This document shows, piece by piece, positions 9,544 to 20,089 of a DNA stretch of 64,000 nt (positions within the stretch are counted from its first letter, which is position 1; every line of letters begins with the position of its first letter). Both the position numbers and the translations under genes were made by a program. The DNA is from a virus (lineage: Duplodnaviria > Heunggongvirae > Uroviricota > Caudoviricetes), in IMG/VR virus record IMGVR_UViG_3300012347_000377, positions 160,001-224,000 of that record; one strand, written 5' to 3'. The notes below the pieces were generated by a model, which saw nothing but the letters and a program-made list of their open reading frames with translations, was not told where the DNA came from and ran no database searches.

Positions 9544-11949
9544 ATGGCAAACGAAACTAACAAAGAACTCGTTGAGATATTAAAAAAACAGGCAGAGATA
9601 AAAAAACAACTTTTAGCTTATGCCGATAGTATTGATACGCGAACTGCTTCGGAATCCAAACATATAAAAGAATTACAAGCCGAATATAAAAAATTATATT
9701 CAGAAAAAGCAAAATTAACCGCTGAACAATTAAAGGGTTTTCAAGATCAAGTAGAAAGTGCATCATCTTTAACTGGTATTTACGCAAATTTGGGTAAATT
9801 AGATGAAGAAAGAATTAAGAAAAATCAAAGATATGTAAGTCTAAGTGATGAACAAAATGATGCAATTAAAAATATTGCATCTTTAAATAGAGAATTAGCA
9901 AACACAACTAGAGATGATAGTTTAGCAAAACAAGTCATCCTAAATCAAATTGATGCTGAAAAGGGTAAATTGGGTGGAATACATCATACTCAAAAATCAA
10001 TTGTAGATGATTTAGATACTCAAACAAGAGAAGCACAAAAATTAGGAAAACTTACTGAAACTCAAAAAGAATTCTTAAATGATCAATTAGCAGTATATGA
10101 TGGTATAAAGAAAACAATTGGTGGTATATTAGAAACTGCCGATATATTACTTTCTACTACTGGTGGTAAAATCGGTGCACTAATAGTTGGTGCAGGATAT
10201 GCAACTGAAGCATTAGGTAAGAATGTAAGGGAAATGGGTGGTTATTTAGGTGGAGCAACAATTTCATCTACCTTATTAGGAACTGCATTTGATTCCGCAA
10301 CCGATGTGACTAAAGGATTGGCTAAGGAAATGGGTGGATTAAATGACATCACTTTTCAGAATCAATTAAACACTAACTTAATGGCCATGAATATGGGTAT
10401 TAGTGGTGATGAAGCAGCAACTTTAACTGCAACTTTATCTCGATTAAATGGTGGTTCAATTGATACTGCACAAAACTTAGCAGAATCTACCAAAGAATTA
10501 GCAAAACAAAATGGATTAGTTCCTGCTCAAGTAATGGCCGATGTTGCAGCCTCTGCAGAAGATTTTGCATTATATGGTAAAGATGGTGGTAAGAATATGT
10601 TAGAAGCAGCAATTGCCGCTGGAAAGTTGGGGGTTAATTTAGCCTCAATGACTAAGGTCACCGAAGGTTTGTTAGATTTCGAATCATCAATTTCAAAAGA
10701 ATTAGAATTATCTGCGATGTTAGGAAAAAATATTAATCTTAACAAAGCAAGAGCATTAGCATATGATGGAAAAACAGGAGCAGCCGTTAAAGAAACCTTA
10801 TCACAAATGGGTGGTATTGAAGCATTTAACAAAATGGATGTATTCCAAAAGAAAGCAGCAGCAGAAGCAGCAGGATTGACCGTTGAGGAATTCCAAAAAA
10901 TGGCATCTAATCTTGATAAATTAAATGCAGATGGAACACTTCAATTATCTACGTTTGATAGTTGGTCACAATCACTTTCTGCATTTGCTTCCGGTCCATT
11001 GGGTTCATCATTAAAAGGTGTAGGTTCGATGGTAATCGCCGCAGGACAGTTTAACACTGGTTTAAGTGCAATGGGAATAAATTTAGGTGGGGTTATAAAG
11101 GGAACTGGTGATGTATTGAAAAATCTTTACAAAATGACCGCCGGAAAAGTGACTGATAAATTATCATCTGTATTTAGTTCAATTGGGGGTGGTAGTAGAA
11201 CTCCAACTCCAACACCTTCTGCAAATCCTGCAGGTGGGGGTGGAATGATGGATTCAATGAGTAAAGTAAATATGTCTGCAGTTTTGAAAGGTGCAGCCGC
11301 AATGGTTTTAGTAGCAGGAGCGGTTTATATTTTAGGTAAAGCATTACAAGAATATACAAAAGTAGGATTATCAGAAATAGGAATGGCAGCCGCAGGTATG
11401 TTATTATTAGGTGGTGCCGTAATGGGATTAGGATTGATAATGAGTAGTGGGGTAGGTGCAGTTGCAATTCTTGCAGGTGCAGCAGCAATGTTAGTTGTAG
11501 CAGCATCAGTTTATGTATTAGGTAAAGCATTACAAGAAATGGGTGCTGGATTTAGTGCATTAGGACAAATTCAACCCATCGTATCTGGTTTAGTTAGTAT
11601 GGTAGGTGGTATTGGATTACTTGCTGTAGCATTCACAGGTTTAGCAGGTTCTCTTGCTTTATTAGGAACTGCCGGATTACTTGCATTACCAACCTTAATG
11701 GGATTGGGAGTTGCTGGAGCAGGATTGGGAATGTTGGTAAATGCAGTTGGAGGAGAAGGTCAATCATCTGGAGTTGAAACTGAAAGTGTTTCAGAATATC
11801 AATCTACAATGTTGACCAAAATGGATGATTTGATTAATGCAGTAAAAACAAATAAAGATGTTTATTTAGATAAAGAAAAAGTTACGAACATCGTTATGAA
11901 TAAAAGTGAACGTAGAACAACCAATACATTTGGGATAGCAAACGCTTAA
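9544..11949 (+). CDS. Tape measure protein
   Basis: 801 aa, helical and Ala/Gly-rich with hydrophobic C-terminal repeats; canonical position after tube and chaperone. Confidence 0.85.
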   Translation: MANETNKELVEILKKQAEIKKQLLAYADSIDTRTASESKHIKELQAEYKKLYSEKAKLTAEQLKGFQDQVESASSLTGIYANLGKLDEERIKKNQRYVSLSDEQNDAIKNIASLNRELANTTRDDSLAKQVILNQIDAEKGKLGGIHHTQKSIVDDLDTQTREAQKLGKLTETQKEFLNDQLAVYDGIKKTIGGILETADILLSTTGGKIGALIVGAGYATEALGKNVREMGGYLGGATISSTLLGTAFDSATDVTKGLAKEMGGLNDITFQNQLNTNLMAMNMGISGDEAATLTATLSRLNGGSIDTAQNLAESTKELAKQNGLVPAQVMADVAASAEDFALYGKDGGKNMLEAAIAAGKLGVNLASMTKVTEGLLDFESSISKELELSAMLGKNINLNKARALAYDGKTGAAVKETLSQMGGIEAFNKMDVFQKKAAAEAAGLTVEEFQKMASNLDKLNADGTLQLSTFDSWSQSLSAFASGPLGSSLKGVGSMVIAAGQFNTGLSAMGINLGGVIKGTGDVLKNLYKMTAGKVTDKLSSVFSSIGGGSRTPTPTPSANPAGGGGMMDSMSKVNMSAVLKGAAAMVLVAGAVYILGKALQEYTKVGLSEIGMAAAGMLLLGGAVMGLGLIMSSGVGAVAILAGAAAMLVVAASVYVLGKALQEMGAGFSALGQIQPIVSGLVSMVGGIGLLAVAFTGLAGSLALLGTAGLLALPTLMGLGVAGAGLGMLVNAVGGEGQSSGVETESVSEYQSTMLTKMDDLINAVKTNKDVYLDKEKVTNIVMNKSERRTTNTFGIANA

Positions 11950-11954
11950 TAAGT

Positions 11955-14315
11955 ATGCCAACAATATTAGAATTATTTCAAGGGTCAACAAATAATATTA
12001 CTCCAACTCCATCGGAGTTTTTTCCCGTGCAAAAAAAATTCAAAGGTTCTACACAAGAGAAAAGTGTTAAATCTGATACTGAAACGTTAGTAGAAACTGA
12101 AACCAAAGGTATAAGAAAAAATACTGCAGTTGAATTAAACAATCCACGTTTATATGGTAATGAAGCAGTTCGTATTATGAATCGAACTACTAAATCAGTT
12201 GAAGATATGAAAGGTTCAACTGGTGGAACATCTGCAACAGGTGGATTAATTGGTAAAGGAATCGGTAAATTAACGGGTGGGAGAATTACATCTATATCAG
12301 GTGTTAGAGATTTTGTAAATTCTAAATTAGGTATTCCATCTAATGCTATTCCAACTTATGTAAATAAGACAGGTGAATTACAACAAGGTAAAGAACAAGA
12401 TACCATGATAACTCTTGCTAAAATTAAAAATGATGCAAAGGGAACATTGGTTGGAAGATTATTAAAACAAAGTGGTGGGGGAACTCCTGCTACGATTGGT
12501 AAACAAATATTAGGTAAAGGTATATCATTAGGTAAAGATAAACTTAGAGGTTTCTTATTTGGTCAACCTGCACAATTGGGAATTAATACATCTAAACCAG
12601 CAAATGGTGGTTGGGATTATAGTTCACAATCATCATATTCAACTCAAATTAGAGAAGCACGAGCACAAAACGAAGCACCTGCAGTTGAGGGAATTGATAA
12701 AGCTAAATCTGATGCTTTGAAAAAAGCAAATGATATAAAACAAAAAGGTAAAGAAAAATTAGGTAATTTTATTGGTTCTGCAAAAGATAAACTAAAAGGA
12801 ACATCTGCCGAAACAAAACCTGAAATCGATAAAGTAGTTGAATCACAGACACAAATTAAAACAACACCATCATCGGAACTCCCATATACTAAAACTTTAG
12901 ATGGGTATAAAACTGAAGGTGGTGATGAGAAATTAACTAGAATTGATTTATCATTAGTATCTCCTGTTTATGGAGTTGATAGAAAAAGTACGAGTGGTAA
13001 GTATGGAAAAGGTGATTACGCATTTCAAGATATAAAAAATAATACAGGAGTATATTCACCATATAATCCAGATAAATCATATTCCACAACTAAACCAAAT
13101 AATTTAGAAACATATCATGGAATAAAAAATGGAAGTGATTTAATAAATGCAAGTAGTAAATCTACAAAAGAAGCTAATGATTATTTAAATGATAGAGATT
13201 TGATTCCATTTTGGATAAGATCAAAATCTACGGGTGATACAATGCATTTTAGATCAATCATAACTGGTTTATCCGAAACGGTTTCACCATCGTGGAGCAC
13301 TAATAAATTTTTTGGTAATCCTTTTAATTTTTATACATTTGATAGTGTCGAACGTAGTGTTTCATTTACATTAACTACTTATTGTTTAAATCCATCTGAA
13401 TTATCTAAAATGTGGACTAAGATTGAATTCTTAACTGATATAGCATATCCATCTATCAGCCAAAATCCAACCTCCAATCCAAAAAATACTCCAAAAAATA
13501 ATTCAAAAGATAGTCCAAAAAATAAACAAAAAACCCAATTGAGTAATAGGTATATAACACCACCTATAATCGATTTTAGATTAGGTGATATGTATGATGG
13601 TAAAATTGGATTTATTGAATCATTGAGTTATAATATACCAGATAATTCTACATGGGAAACTGTAGCTGATGGTGCGTTATTACCAAAAATAGTTGAAATT
13701 AGTATTGGTATTAAATTTATTGAAACTGCGGATTCAGTGGCTGCTAAATATAGTATAGAACGTTCTAAAGATCAAATAAAACTTATAAATGATAGAAGGT
13801 CTAATCAAGGTGGTGCTTTCCAAACAGATTCAATTTCAACCAATGAAAATACTAAACCATTGCCAAAATTAAATGCAAAGGGTATTGAACAAACTGATGC
13901 ACCAAAAGAAGGTGGTATAAATAAACCACAAACTGATTTAAAAACTAATACACCAACCACAACACCTGCCGAACCTAATAGCCCAACGGTAGCACCAACA
14001 CAACCGGTAACTAAAATAGATGAAATTACATCTAAAAATCTTGAAAAAATAAAAGCAAAAGGATTACCTGAAGCACTTTGGTATATGGCTAATAACCCAC
14101 TAATTGATATAGATTCAATTAAGAAAGTAGCGGAAGGTGTTTATTCTTATTTTGTGGAATATGGATATGCGGGTAAGAAACAGCAAATGGCCGCACGAGT
14201 AAATGGTAATTCAACAAGTAGTTGTCAATATGATGTATGGGTATCATATAATAACAAAGGAGTAGATCCACTTAAATCCTCAAGTCCAAATTCAAATAGT
14301 AGTAATCCATTTTAA
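11955..14315 (+). CDS. Putative baseplate/tail-tube initiator-like structural protein
   Basis: Follows the tape measure; internal FRSIITGLSETVSPSW...ERSVSF...PPIIDFRLGD...LP segment resembles tube-fold baseplate proteins. Confidence 0.5.
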   Translation: MPTILELFQGSTNNITPTPSEFFPVQKKFKGSTQEKSVKSDTETLVETETKGIRKNTAVELNNPRLYGNEAVRIMNRTTKSVEDMKGSTGGTSATGGLIGKGIGKLTGGRITSISGVRDFVNSKLGIPSNAIPTYVNKTGELQQGKEQDTMITLAKIKNDAKGTLVGRLLKQSGGGTPATIGKQILGKGISLGKDKLRGFLFGQPAQLGINTSKPANGGWDYSSQSSYSTQIREARAQNEAPAVEGIDKAKSDALKKANDIKQKGKEKLGNFIGSAKDKLKGTSAETKPEIDKVVESQTQIKTTPSSELPYTKTLDGYKTEGGDEKLTRIDLSLVSPVYGVDRKSTSGKYGKGDYAFQDIKNNTGVYSPYNPDKSYSTTKPNNLETYHGIKNGSDLINASSKSTKEANDYLNDRDLIPFWIRSKSTGDTMHFRSIITGLSETVSPSWSTNKFFGNPFNFYTFDSVERSVSFTLTTYCLNPSELSKMWTKIEFLTDIAYPSISQNPTSNPKNTPKNNSKDSPKNKQKTQLSNRYITPPIIDFRLGDMYDGKIGFIESLSYNIPDNSTWETVADGALLPKIVEISIGIKFIETADSVAAKYSIERSKDQIKLINDRRSNQGGAFQTDSISTNENTKPLPKLNAKGIEQTDAPKEGGINKPQTDLKTNTPTTTPAEPNSPTVAPTQPVTKIDEITSKNLEKIKAKGLPEALWYMANNPLIDIDSIKKVAEGVYSYFVEYGYAGKKQQMAARVNGNSTSSCQYDVWVSYNNKGVDPLKSSSPNSNSSNPF

Positions 14316-14333
14316 TAAATACAATACATACTA

Positions 14334-14621
14334 ATGGCAAATAGATACGAAAATAATGAAATTCAAAAACTAAAAGATGGTAGAGAGGTATATCGAACAC
14401 GAATATATCCAGATATACCATTATCGGATTCTGATATGTATATTGTCACTCAAACTGGTGATAGATTGGATACTCTTGCTTATCAATACTATGATGATTC
14501 ATCTCTTTGGTGGATTATAGCAACTGCTAATAATCTTCACGATGCACCATTTGCGTTTGAAGATGGAACTATATTAAGAATACCCGAAAACTACATAGAA
14601 ATAATCAATAACTTCAGATAA
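14334..14621 (+). CDS. LysM-like baseplate protein (tail protein X / gp53-like)
   Basis: GDRLDTLAYQYYDDSSLWWIIATAN...GTILRIP. Confidence 0.85.
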   Translation: MANRYENNEIQKLKDGREVYRTRIYPDIPLSDSDMYIVTQTGDRLDTLAYQYYDDSSLWWIIATANNLHDAPFAFEDGTILRIPENYIEIINNFR

Positions 14622-14632
14622 AATATAATAAT

Positions 14633-16948
14633 ATGTTATTTCCAATGCTTTCCAATTTAGACCCGGCTTTATCTGCAACGATGAAATCTCGTGCGGGTAA
14701 AAACCAACAAGTATCCAAATTAGCTTGTTGGTTAAGAATTTCCGCATCAACCGGATTAGTATTAGAAAGTTTACCACCGAAAATGTCATTTGAAAATACC
14801 TATGGTAATACTACCAAATCGGGTAGAGTTGGGACTGATTTCGCAGGTAATTCTGTTTTTGCAGAAGGGGAGGATAGAGCATTTAGACCATCACCTGTAA
14901 TTGAATCAGTATCCGTAACCTTTGGTGCAGGAGGATTGACTAGAAAATGTAATTTTTCTATTAAATGTTTTACCCTACCTCAAGCAGAAAAATTAGCTCA
15001 ATATTTCTTAGAACCTGCATACACATGTTTGGTTGAATATGGATATAATACATCGGAATCCCTTGGTCAGAAAATAAAATTAAGTCCATGTGAGATTGCA
15101 AAATTCAATTCATACGAATATGTAAAAAACAAACAAAAAAACTCAAAATATACATATGATGGATTTATGGGTTATATCACTGGAGGTGGGTTAAAATCAG
15201 GTGATAGTGAAACTTTCATTATTGAATGTGAATTAACTACAATTGGTGAAATTCCCGCATATCTACAACAACATAGAGGAGGTGGTAGCACCGCAAATGC
15301 TCAAAATAATGGTGGTAAAACATATGATTTAGATGATATAGAAAATGTAGCAAAAAGAGATACTGGGTCAAGAAATGGTAAAGCGTTATTCATGCAAATG
15401 TATAATCGATTACCTCAAGCAAAACAAACAAATAAAGTAAAAGCATTAGCAGCAGGAGTTGATGATGAGGGTATTTCCTGGAGTGATGTTGGTAATTTCG
15501 TCAATATGGATGATGAAATTAGAAAAAAAATGATAGAAGATTTAACAAATACCAAAGTTGAAACTGAATCAGGTGATGCCCAAATACCAGAAGGTGCTCC
15601 ATTAATATCTACACATTCATATATTCGATTAGCATTAGCATTTGAAATATTAAATAGTTATGAAGTAAATTTAGAATCTAAAGATTCCGATTGCACAGGT
15701 GTATCAACATTCAGTTATGTTATTGATTATAAGAACACAATATGTAGAGCTTTCCCACTTATATTTTCTACCGATGGTAGTAAATTATTTATTCCAAATC
15801 CCAAATTACCGGATTTTGGTTTAAAGGAAGCACTTAAATCTGAAACTAAGGAAGATTTTAATATAATAAGAGCTAGTGGATATGTCAAAACCATAGATGC
15901 TAGTCAAAAATTTGAAGGAAAGGCTCATGAATTTCCACAATCAATCGATTTAAACTCAAGTAATTACAAATGGCCAAATGATTCCGTGCCATACAATATT
16001 GGTGCACGAAAATGGGGTTATTTAAAAGATTTATATATTAATTTTGAATTTTTTATTGAGGTATTAGGAAGAGCTAATTACGTTACAAAAGACGTTTATT
16101 ATGAAATATTAAATGGATTATCTACTGCAGCAAATTCAATTTGGCATTTTGAAATAACCCAATTACCAAATCCCGATAAAAAAGGTGCATATCATTTACA
16201 AATTGTTGATATGAATTTATGTGGAAACGATTCTAGTACATTTGAAAAATGTGTTAAATTTAGAGCATCAGGCGTAGATACTCCATTTTTAACATCAGAA
16301 TTATCGATGGATATACCTGGTGCTATGAAGAATATGATAGTTGGAAAGCGTAATTCTAATAATTTAGATACTGCTTCCGAAGGAAACCAACCTATAAAAT
16401 TTAATACATTATTTGCAAAAAAACAAGATCCTGTAATTAAAATATTAGATAGTTTCAAGGAAAAATCTGTTGAGACCCCATATGTGGATCCCGATGATAT
16501 AAATGGAGATAAGGCTGTTGATGCAGATGAAGCTAGAAAAGCTAATTATGAATTATTTATGTCTAAGGCAGTAGTTGTTACGAATTTAAAGGATAGAGAA
16601 GCAGATATGGATGCAGCCGAAGGTTCGTGGTATAATGTATTCAATAATGCAGATGCAAACATTGAAGATATAGCATTTGTTGCAGCATGGAATGATGTGG
16701 ATTTATTTAGAAAATTAGATTTAAATAGTAAAGGTGCAGGAGATGCTAATAATATTCTATTACCAATTCAATTTTCATTTACCACATTTGGAATTTCTGG
16801 TATAAAAACGGGTGATATGTTTAGAATCATTGATTTACCTAAACAATATACAACTTCGGTATTTCAAGTAGTAGAAGTATCACATGAATTATCAAATGGA
16901 TTATGGCAAACATCGGTAGTTGGTAAAATGAGAAATACAGGAGGATAA
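14633..16948 (+). CDS. Putative baseplate hub protein
   Basis: Follows the LysM gene; C-terminal GISGIKTGDMFRI...FQVVEVSHEL...WQTSV resembles hub (gp27/gpD-like) ends. Confidence 0.55.
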   Translation: MLFPMLSNLDPALSATMKSRAGKNQQVSKLACWLRISASTGLVLESLPPKMSFENTYGNTTKSGRVGTDFAGNSVFAEGEDRAFRPSPVIESVSVTFGAGGLTRKCNFSIKCFTLPQAEKLAQYFLEPAYTCLVEYGYNTSESLGQKIKLSPCEIAKFNSYEYVKNKQKNSKYTYDGFMGYITGGGLKSGDSETFIIECELTTIGEIPAYLQQHRGGGSTANAQNNGGKTYDLDDIENVAKRDTGSRNGKALFMQMYNRLPQAKQTNKVKALAAGVDDEGISWSDVGNFVNMDDEIRKKMIEDLTNTKVETESGDAQIPEGAPLISTHSYIRLALAFEILNSYEVNLESKDSDCTGVSTFSYVIDYKNTICRAFPLIFSTDGSKLFIPNPKLPDFGLKEALKSETKEDFNIIRASGYVKTIDASQKFEGKAHEFPQSIDLNSSNYKWPNDSVPYNIGARKWGYLKDLYINFEFFIEVLGRANYVTKDVYYEILNGLSTAANSIWHFEITQLPNPDKKGAYHLQIVDMNLCGNDSSTFEKCVKFRASGVDTPFLTSELSMDIPGAMKNMIVGKRNSNNLDTASEGNQPIKFNTLFAKKQDPVIKILDSFKEKSVETPYVDPDDINGDKAVDADEARKANYELFMSKAVVVTNLKDREADMDAAEGSWYNVFNNADANIEDIAFVAAWNDVDLFRKLDLNSKGAGDANNILLPIQFSFTTFGISGIKTGDMFRIIDLPKQYTTSVFQVVEVSHELSNGLWQTSVVGKMRNTGG

Positions 16949-17337
16949 TGAGTATATTAGATTCATATAAACAATTAACTCAAAATAAATTATTTAGATT
17001 GAGAACGAATATCGAAACACATATTCCAAACCCTTCTGCAGAAGAATATAAACGTGGTTGGATAACTAGATATTTTATACAAAAAACTAATGATAAAACT
17101 TCACCTATATTTGAAGTAAATTCCCATCAGTTTTCAAAATCATTATCAAATGATTTATACACAACGGTTTCAATTCGTTGGAGAATCAGTGGTCCTAAAG
17201 AAACCATCTATGATTCGGTTGGTAATGTAAAAGAAAAGAGTGTTTCTGATTCAAATAGAATTGCAATTCAATTAGTATATGATAGAATTCCAAATTTAAA
17301 ATTATATTTACCAAATCTTTTACAATTTTACAAATAA
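16948..17337 (+). CDS. Hypothetical tail-module protein
   Basis: Start overlaps the upstream stop; PSAEEYKRGWITRYF. Confidence 0.7.
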   Translation: MSILDSYKQLTQNKLFRLRTNIETHIPNPSAEEYKRGWITRYFIQKTNDKTSPIFEVNSHQFSKSLSNDLYTTVSIRWRISGPKETIYDSVGNVKEKSVSDSNRIAIQLVYDRIPNLKLYLPNLLQFYK

Positions 17338-17367
17338 TATATATTTATATAAAACAAAACAAGTTAT

Positions 17368-18150
17368 ATGAGCAGTTTCAAACATCTTACAAGAGAAGAA
17401 ATTCAACAAATGACGTTCGATTGGCGTTATAGAGGTTGGACAGTATTACAATTACTTACTGAAGAGGAATGTGATGAAATCAACGAAGAATTAGAAAAGT
17501 TGAGAGTAGAACGTTCTAAAACCACCAAAGAAGGTGGTGAAGAATGGGGAGAATGGGACCCATTTGCATATCCACATAAAATTTCACCAAAATTAGAAAA
17601 ATTATTTGCACACCCTAAAGTATTAGAGGCTTGTGAATTCCTTATGGAAGGTGATGTTGTTGGATTACAGACATGGTCTTACTTTAAACCACCGGGACAA
17701 TTGGGTAGAGATATGCATCAAAACGCATTCTACACCGGTTGTGGGCATAACGAAATTATCAACACTGCTCTTGCATTGGATAATCATGACAAACAAAATG
17801 GTGCGGTATGGAACTACGAAGGTTCACATCGTTTACCGGTATTACCTATCGAAGTGGATGAAGAACGAGCTCAAACTAATCCTAAGTTTTGGAGAAACGA
17901 AAGAGGTAAACCTTGTGTAATGCCAGAAGGACATGATTTCCGTAAAGTAGAAGGTTATTTACAAAAAGGACAAGTGGTATTATTACACTCACATTGTGTT
18001 CATGGTTCAGAACCAAATGATTCAAATCGTTTCCGTAGAAATTTCTTAGGTGGATATTTGAAAAAAGGTGCATACTTTAATCAAGGTGGTCATATGAAAA
18101 GAGAACCAATTGATATGTATGAATTAAGAAAACAACATTGGGGAGAATAG
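17368..18150 (+). CDS. Phytanoyl-CoA dioxygenase (PhyH)-family 2OG-Fe(II) oxygenase with HxN
   Basis: FKPPG...MHQNAFY, ALD...NGA...GSHR, GQVVLLHSHCVHGSEPNDSNRFR. Confidence 0.8.
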   Translation: MSSFKHLTREEIQQMTFDWRYRGWTVLQLLTEEECDEINEELEKLRVERSKTTKEGGEEWGEWDPFAYPHKISPKLEKLFAHPKVLEACEFLMEGDVVGLQTWSYFKPPGQLGRDMHQNAFYTGCGHNEIINTALALDNHDKQNGAVWNYEGSHRLPVLPIEVDEERAQTNPKFWRNERGKPCVMPEGHDFRKVEGYLQKGQVVLLHSHCVHGSEPNDSNRFRRNFLGGYLKKGAYFNQGGHMKREPIDMYELRKQHWGE

Positions 18151-18166
18151 CCCATTGATATTGAAT

Positions 18167-18204
18167 ATATTATAACCCATTGAAAATCAATGGGTTATTT
18201 TTTG
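18167..18204 (+). terminator. Terminator ending the tail module (near-identical copy at 26080)
   Basis: ATAACCCATTGA-AAA-TCAATGGGTTAT followed by a T-run. Confidence 0.85.
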
Positions 18205-18237
18205 CTATAAAAAAAGTAAAAAATAATTCACTTTTTA

Positions 18238-18269
18238 TTTGGATATATCGATTTTTCTTCGTATGTTAG
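18238..18269 (+). promoter_or_regulatory. Bacteroidetes-type -33/-7 promoter (TAnnTTAG variant)
   Basis: TTTG-N20-TATGTTAG. Confidence 0.7.
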
Positions 18270-18306
18270 CTTTGTAATAAGAGATAAACATTAAAAGATA
18301 AAAGAT

Positions 18307-18534
18307 ATGAAAATCAAAGAATTTTATTTAGAAGCCTTTCCAACTGATGAATTGGGTGTTGAAATTAATAAAGAAGCAAATTTTGGTATGTTGTGGGCTG
18401 CAATTAGAGGTGGGTGTGTTTATGAATACATCGGTGTGTTTGATAGTATAGTAAGAGAACGAGTATTTGAAAAGTTCGCTGAAATCACTGGTCATGATTA
18501 TGATTACATTTATCAAGAATGGTTAAACGCTTAA
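18307..18534 (+). CDS. Hypothetical early protein
   Basis: 75-aa ORF directly after a promoter. Confidence 0.75.
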   Translation: MKIKEFYLEAFPTDELGVEINKEANFGMLWAAIRGGCVYEYIGVFDSIVRERVFEKFAEITGHDYDYIYQEWLNA

Positions 18535-18543
18535 AATTCATAT

Positions 18544-18681
18544 ATGGAACGAATTAAATTAGAAAAAGTGGTATTGAGTATGAGTGAGATTAGAATGGCC
18601 ACTCGTCCAAACATATATAAAAACAAAAAGAAATATAGTAGAAAACCTAAACACACTAAAAATGAGTTATACAAAGTTTGA
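18544..18681 (+). CDS. 45-aa basic peptide, ArfA-like (not in ORF track)
   Basis: MERIKLEKVVLSMSEIRMATRPNIYKNKKKYSRKPKHTKNELYKV; fills the gap between ORFs. Confidence 0.6.
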   Translation: MERIKLEKVVLSMSEIRMATRPNIYKNKKKYSRKPKHTKNELYKV

Positions 18682-18910
18682 TAGACATGCTAATATGAGT
18701 TCCGAAACCCTAAGTGAACTAATGGATATTTTAAAAGATGTTCGTTGGGAAACTAGCTTTCAACTTAATAATATGATTTACGGATTATTCGATGGTTATT
18801 TATATGATGAAATACTTTCAACTGCAAAATTGGAGGCATCATCGGAGAGTTATAAACGAATAAAAAAAGTTGTAAATATTGTAAAAAAATATCCTAAAAT
18901 ATTTGGATAA
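18662..18910 (+). CDS. Hypothetical protein (start revised from 18584 to ATG 18662)
   Basis: In-frame ATG after an A-rich stretch; avoids a long overlap with the 18544 peptide. Confidence 0.65.
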   Translation: MSYTKFDRHANMSSETLSELMDILKDVRWETSFQLNNMIYGLFDGYLYDEILSTAKLEASSESYKRIKKVVNIVKKYPKIFG

Positions 18911-18933
18911 TACAGATAAAAGTTGTATATTAG
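18902..18933 (+). promoter_or_regulatory. Bacteroidetes-type -33/-7 promoter (TAnnTTAG variant)
   Basis: TTTG-N20-TATATTAG. Confidence 0.7.
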
Positions 18934-18976
18934 CTGTATAAGATTGAGAGATAATAAACCTTTAAAATATAAAATT

Positions 18977-19336
18977 ATGAGTTTACCATTTAATGTTAAT
19001 TCAGTTCTTGCTTCCGCTTCGTTAATCGAAGGTTACGATGTTATTAAAAACGCTTTTCCAGTTGAGGGTAAGTATGTAAAACGAGTTATTACATATATGG
19101 ATGCAGTTTACAATGCATTAGATGAGGTTGCTGAAGATTATTCAGATTGGCCAGAAGACCAAGGGTTTGGTTCATCCGATATGACTTACGTTCGTAAATC
19201 ATTTATAGATACTATGATTGATATTGCTAACCTTAGAGGTTATTATGAAACAAAGTTTGACCCTTATTTAAAAGTGGTTGAATATTCAGAGGCTGAGTAT
19301 CACGAAACAATGTTGAGAAGAGAACAAGGATTATAA
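18977..19336 (+). CDS. Hypothetical protein (start revised to ATG 18977)
   Basis: The track start at 18923 lies inside the promoter; ATG 18977 follows an A-rich leader. Confidence 0.7.
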   Translation: MSLPFNVNSVLASASLIEGYDVIKNAFPVEGKYVKRVITYMDAVYNALDEVAEDYSDWPEDQGFGSSDMTYVRKSFIDTMIDIANLRGYYETKFDPYLKVVEYSEAEYHETMLRREQGL

Positions 19337-19352
19337 TATTAAAACATAAATT

Positions 19353-19718
19353 ATGAAAATTAAAAAGATAAACAAAGAGCAATTAGTTTCATTAAATATT
19401 TCTGATGAAAAATTATTAGATGAATATAAATTTTATCCAGAAAAGATTGTTAAAATACCATTTACCAATATAGTTTTATCACATACTATTGCAGGTTGGT
19501 CTATACCAAATAAATGTGGGTTATACTTCATTAGTTCAGATGAGATGGAAGGATATTCGGTAAAGAATGATACACTATATCGTAAACCATTTATCCACTT
19601 AACGTTTTCAAGTGGATATAGAGATGATATTCGTTTATACTTTGATACATTTCAAGAGGCGAACCAATGGGTTGAAACAACGTTAGGTAATATTAAACTA
19701 ATTGAAATTAAGAAATAA
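19353..19718 (+). CDS. Hypothetical protein
   Basis: 121-aa ORF, co-oriented and tightly packed. Confidence 0.7.
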   Translation: MKIKKINKEQLVSLNISDEKLLDEYKFYPEKIVKIPFTNIVLSHTIAGWSIPNKCGLYFISSDEMEGYSVKNDTLYRKPFIHLTFSSGYRDDIRLYFDTFQEANQWVETTLGNIKLIEIKK

Positions 19719-20047
19719 TGAAAGGATGGTATTGTATTTATGAATGTGCAAAAAACCAATGGTTATATGATGGAATTATGTGGGTAAATGATAGAGATTT
19801 ACAACAGATGTCAATAGGAGCTAAACATGCAATCCAAGTTAGTCAATCGTATAATTACAACCCCAATTTACCACAGATAGAAATTATAGATACTCAAACT
19901 ACATCGGTATTATGTGAAGGTGGTAATACAATAGACCCACATCAAATAATGAAATTTGAAACAATGTTAGAAGCAGAAGAGTTTTTGATGAAAATGTTTA
20001 CATCTACTTATGGAAGTTTCTTTTCAATACGAAAAATATATTTTTAA
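19718..20047 (+). CDS. Hypothetical protein
   Basis: 109-aa ORF with stop/start overlap. Confidence 0.7.
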   Translation: MKGWYCIYECAKNQWLYDGIMWVNDRDLQQMSIGAKHAIQVSQSYNYNPNLPQIEIIDTQTTSVLCEGGNTIDPHQIMKFETMLEAEEFLMKMFTSTYGSFFSIRKIYF

Positions 20048-20053
20048 AATAAA

Positions 20054-20085
20054 TTAGGTAATCTCACAAATAATTCGTATCTTTG
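20054..20085 (+). promoter_or_regulatory. Bacteroidetes-type -33/-7 promoter
   Basis: TTAG-N20-TATCTTTG. Confidence 0.75.
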
Positions 20086-20089
20086 TAAA

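Noticed and set aside
4537-17337. Bacterial contractile injection system or tailocin
   Set aside because: Contiguous with a complete T4-like replisome and phage-type small genes, so it is a phage tail module.
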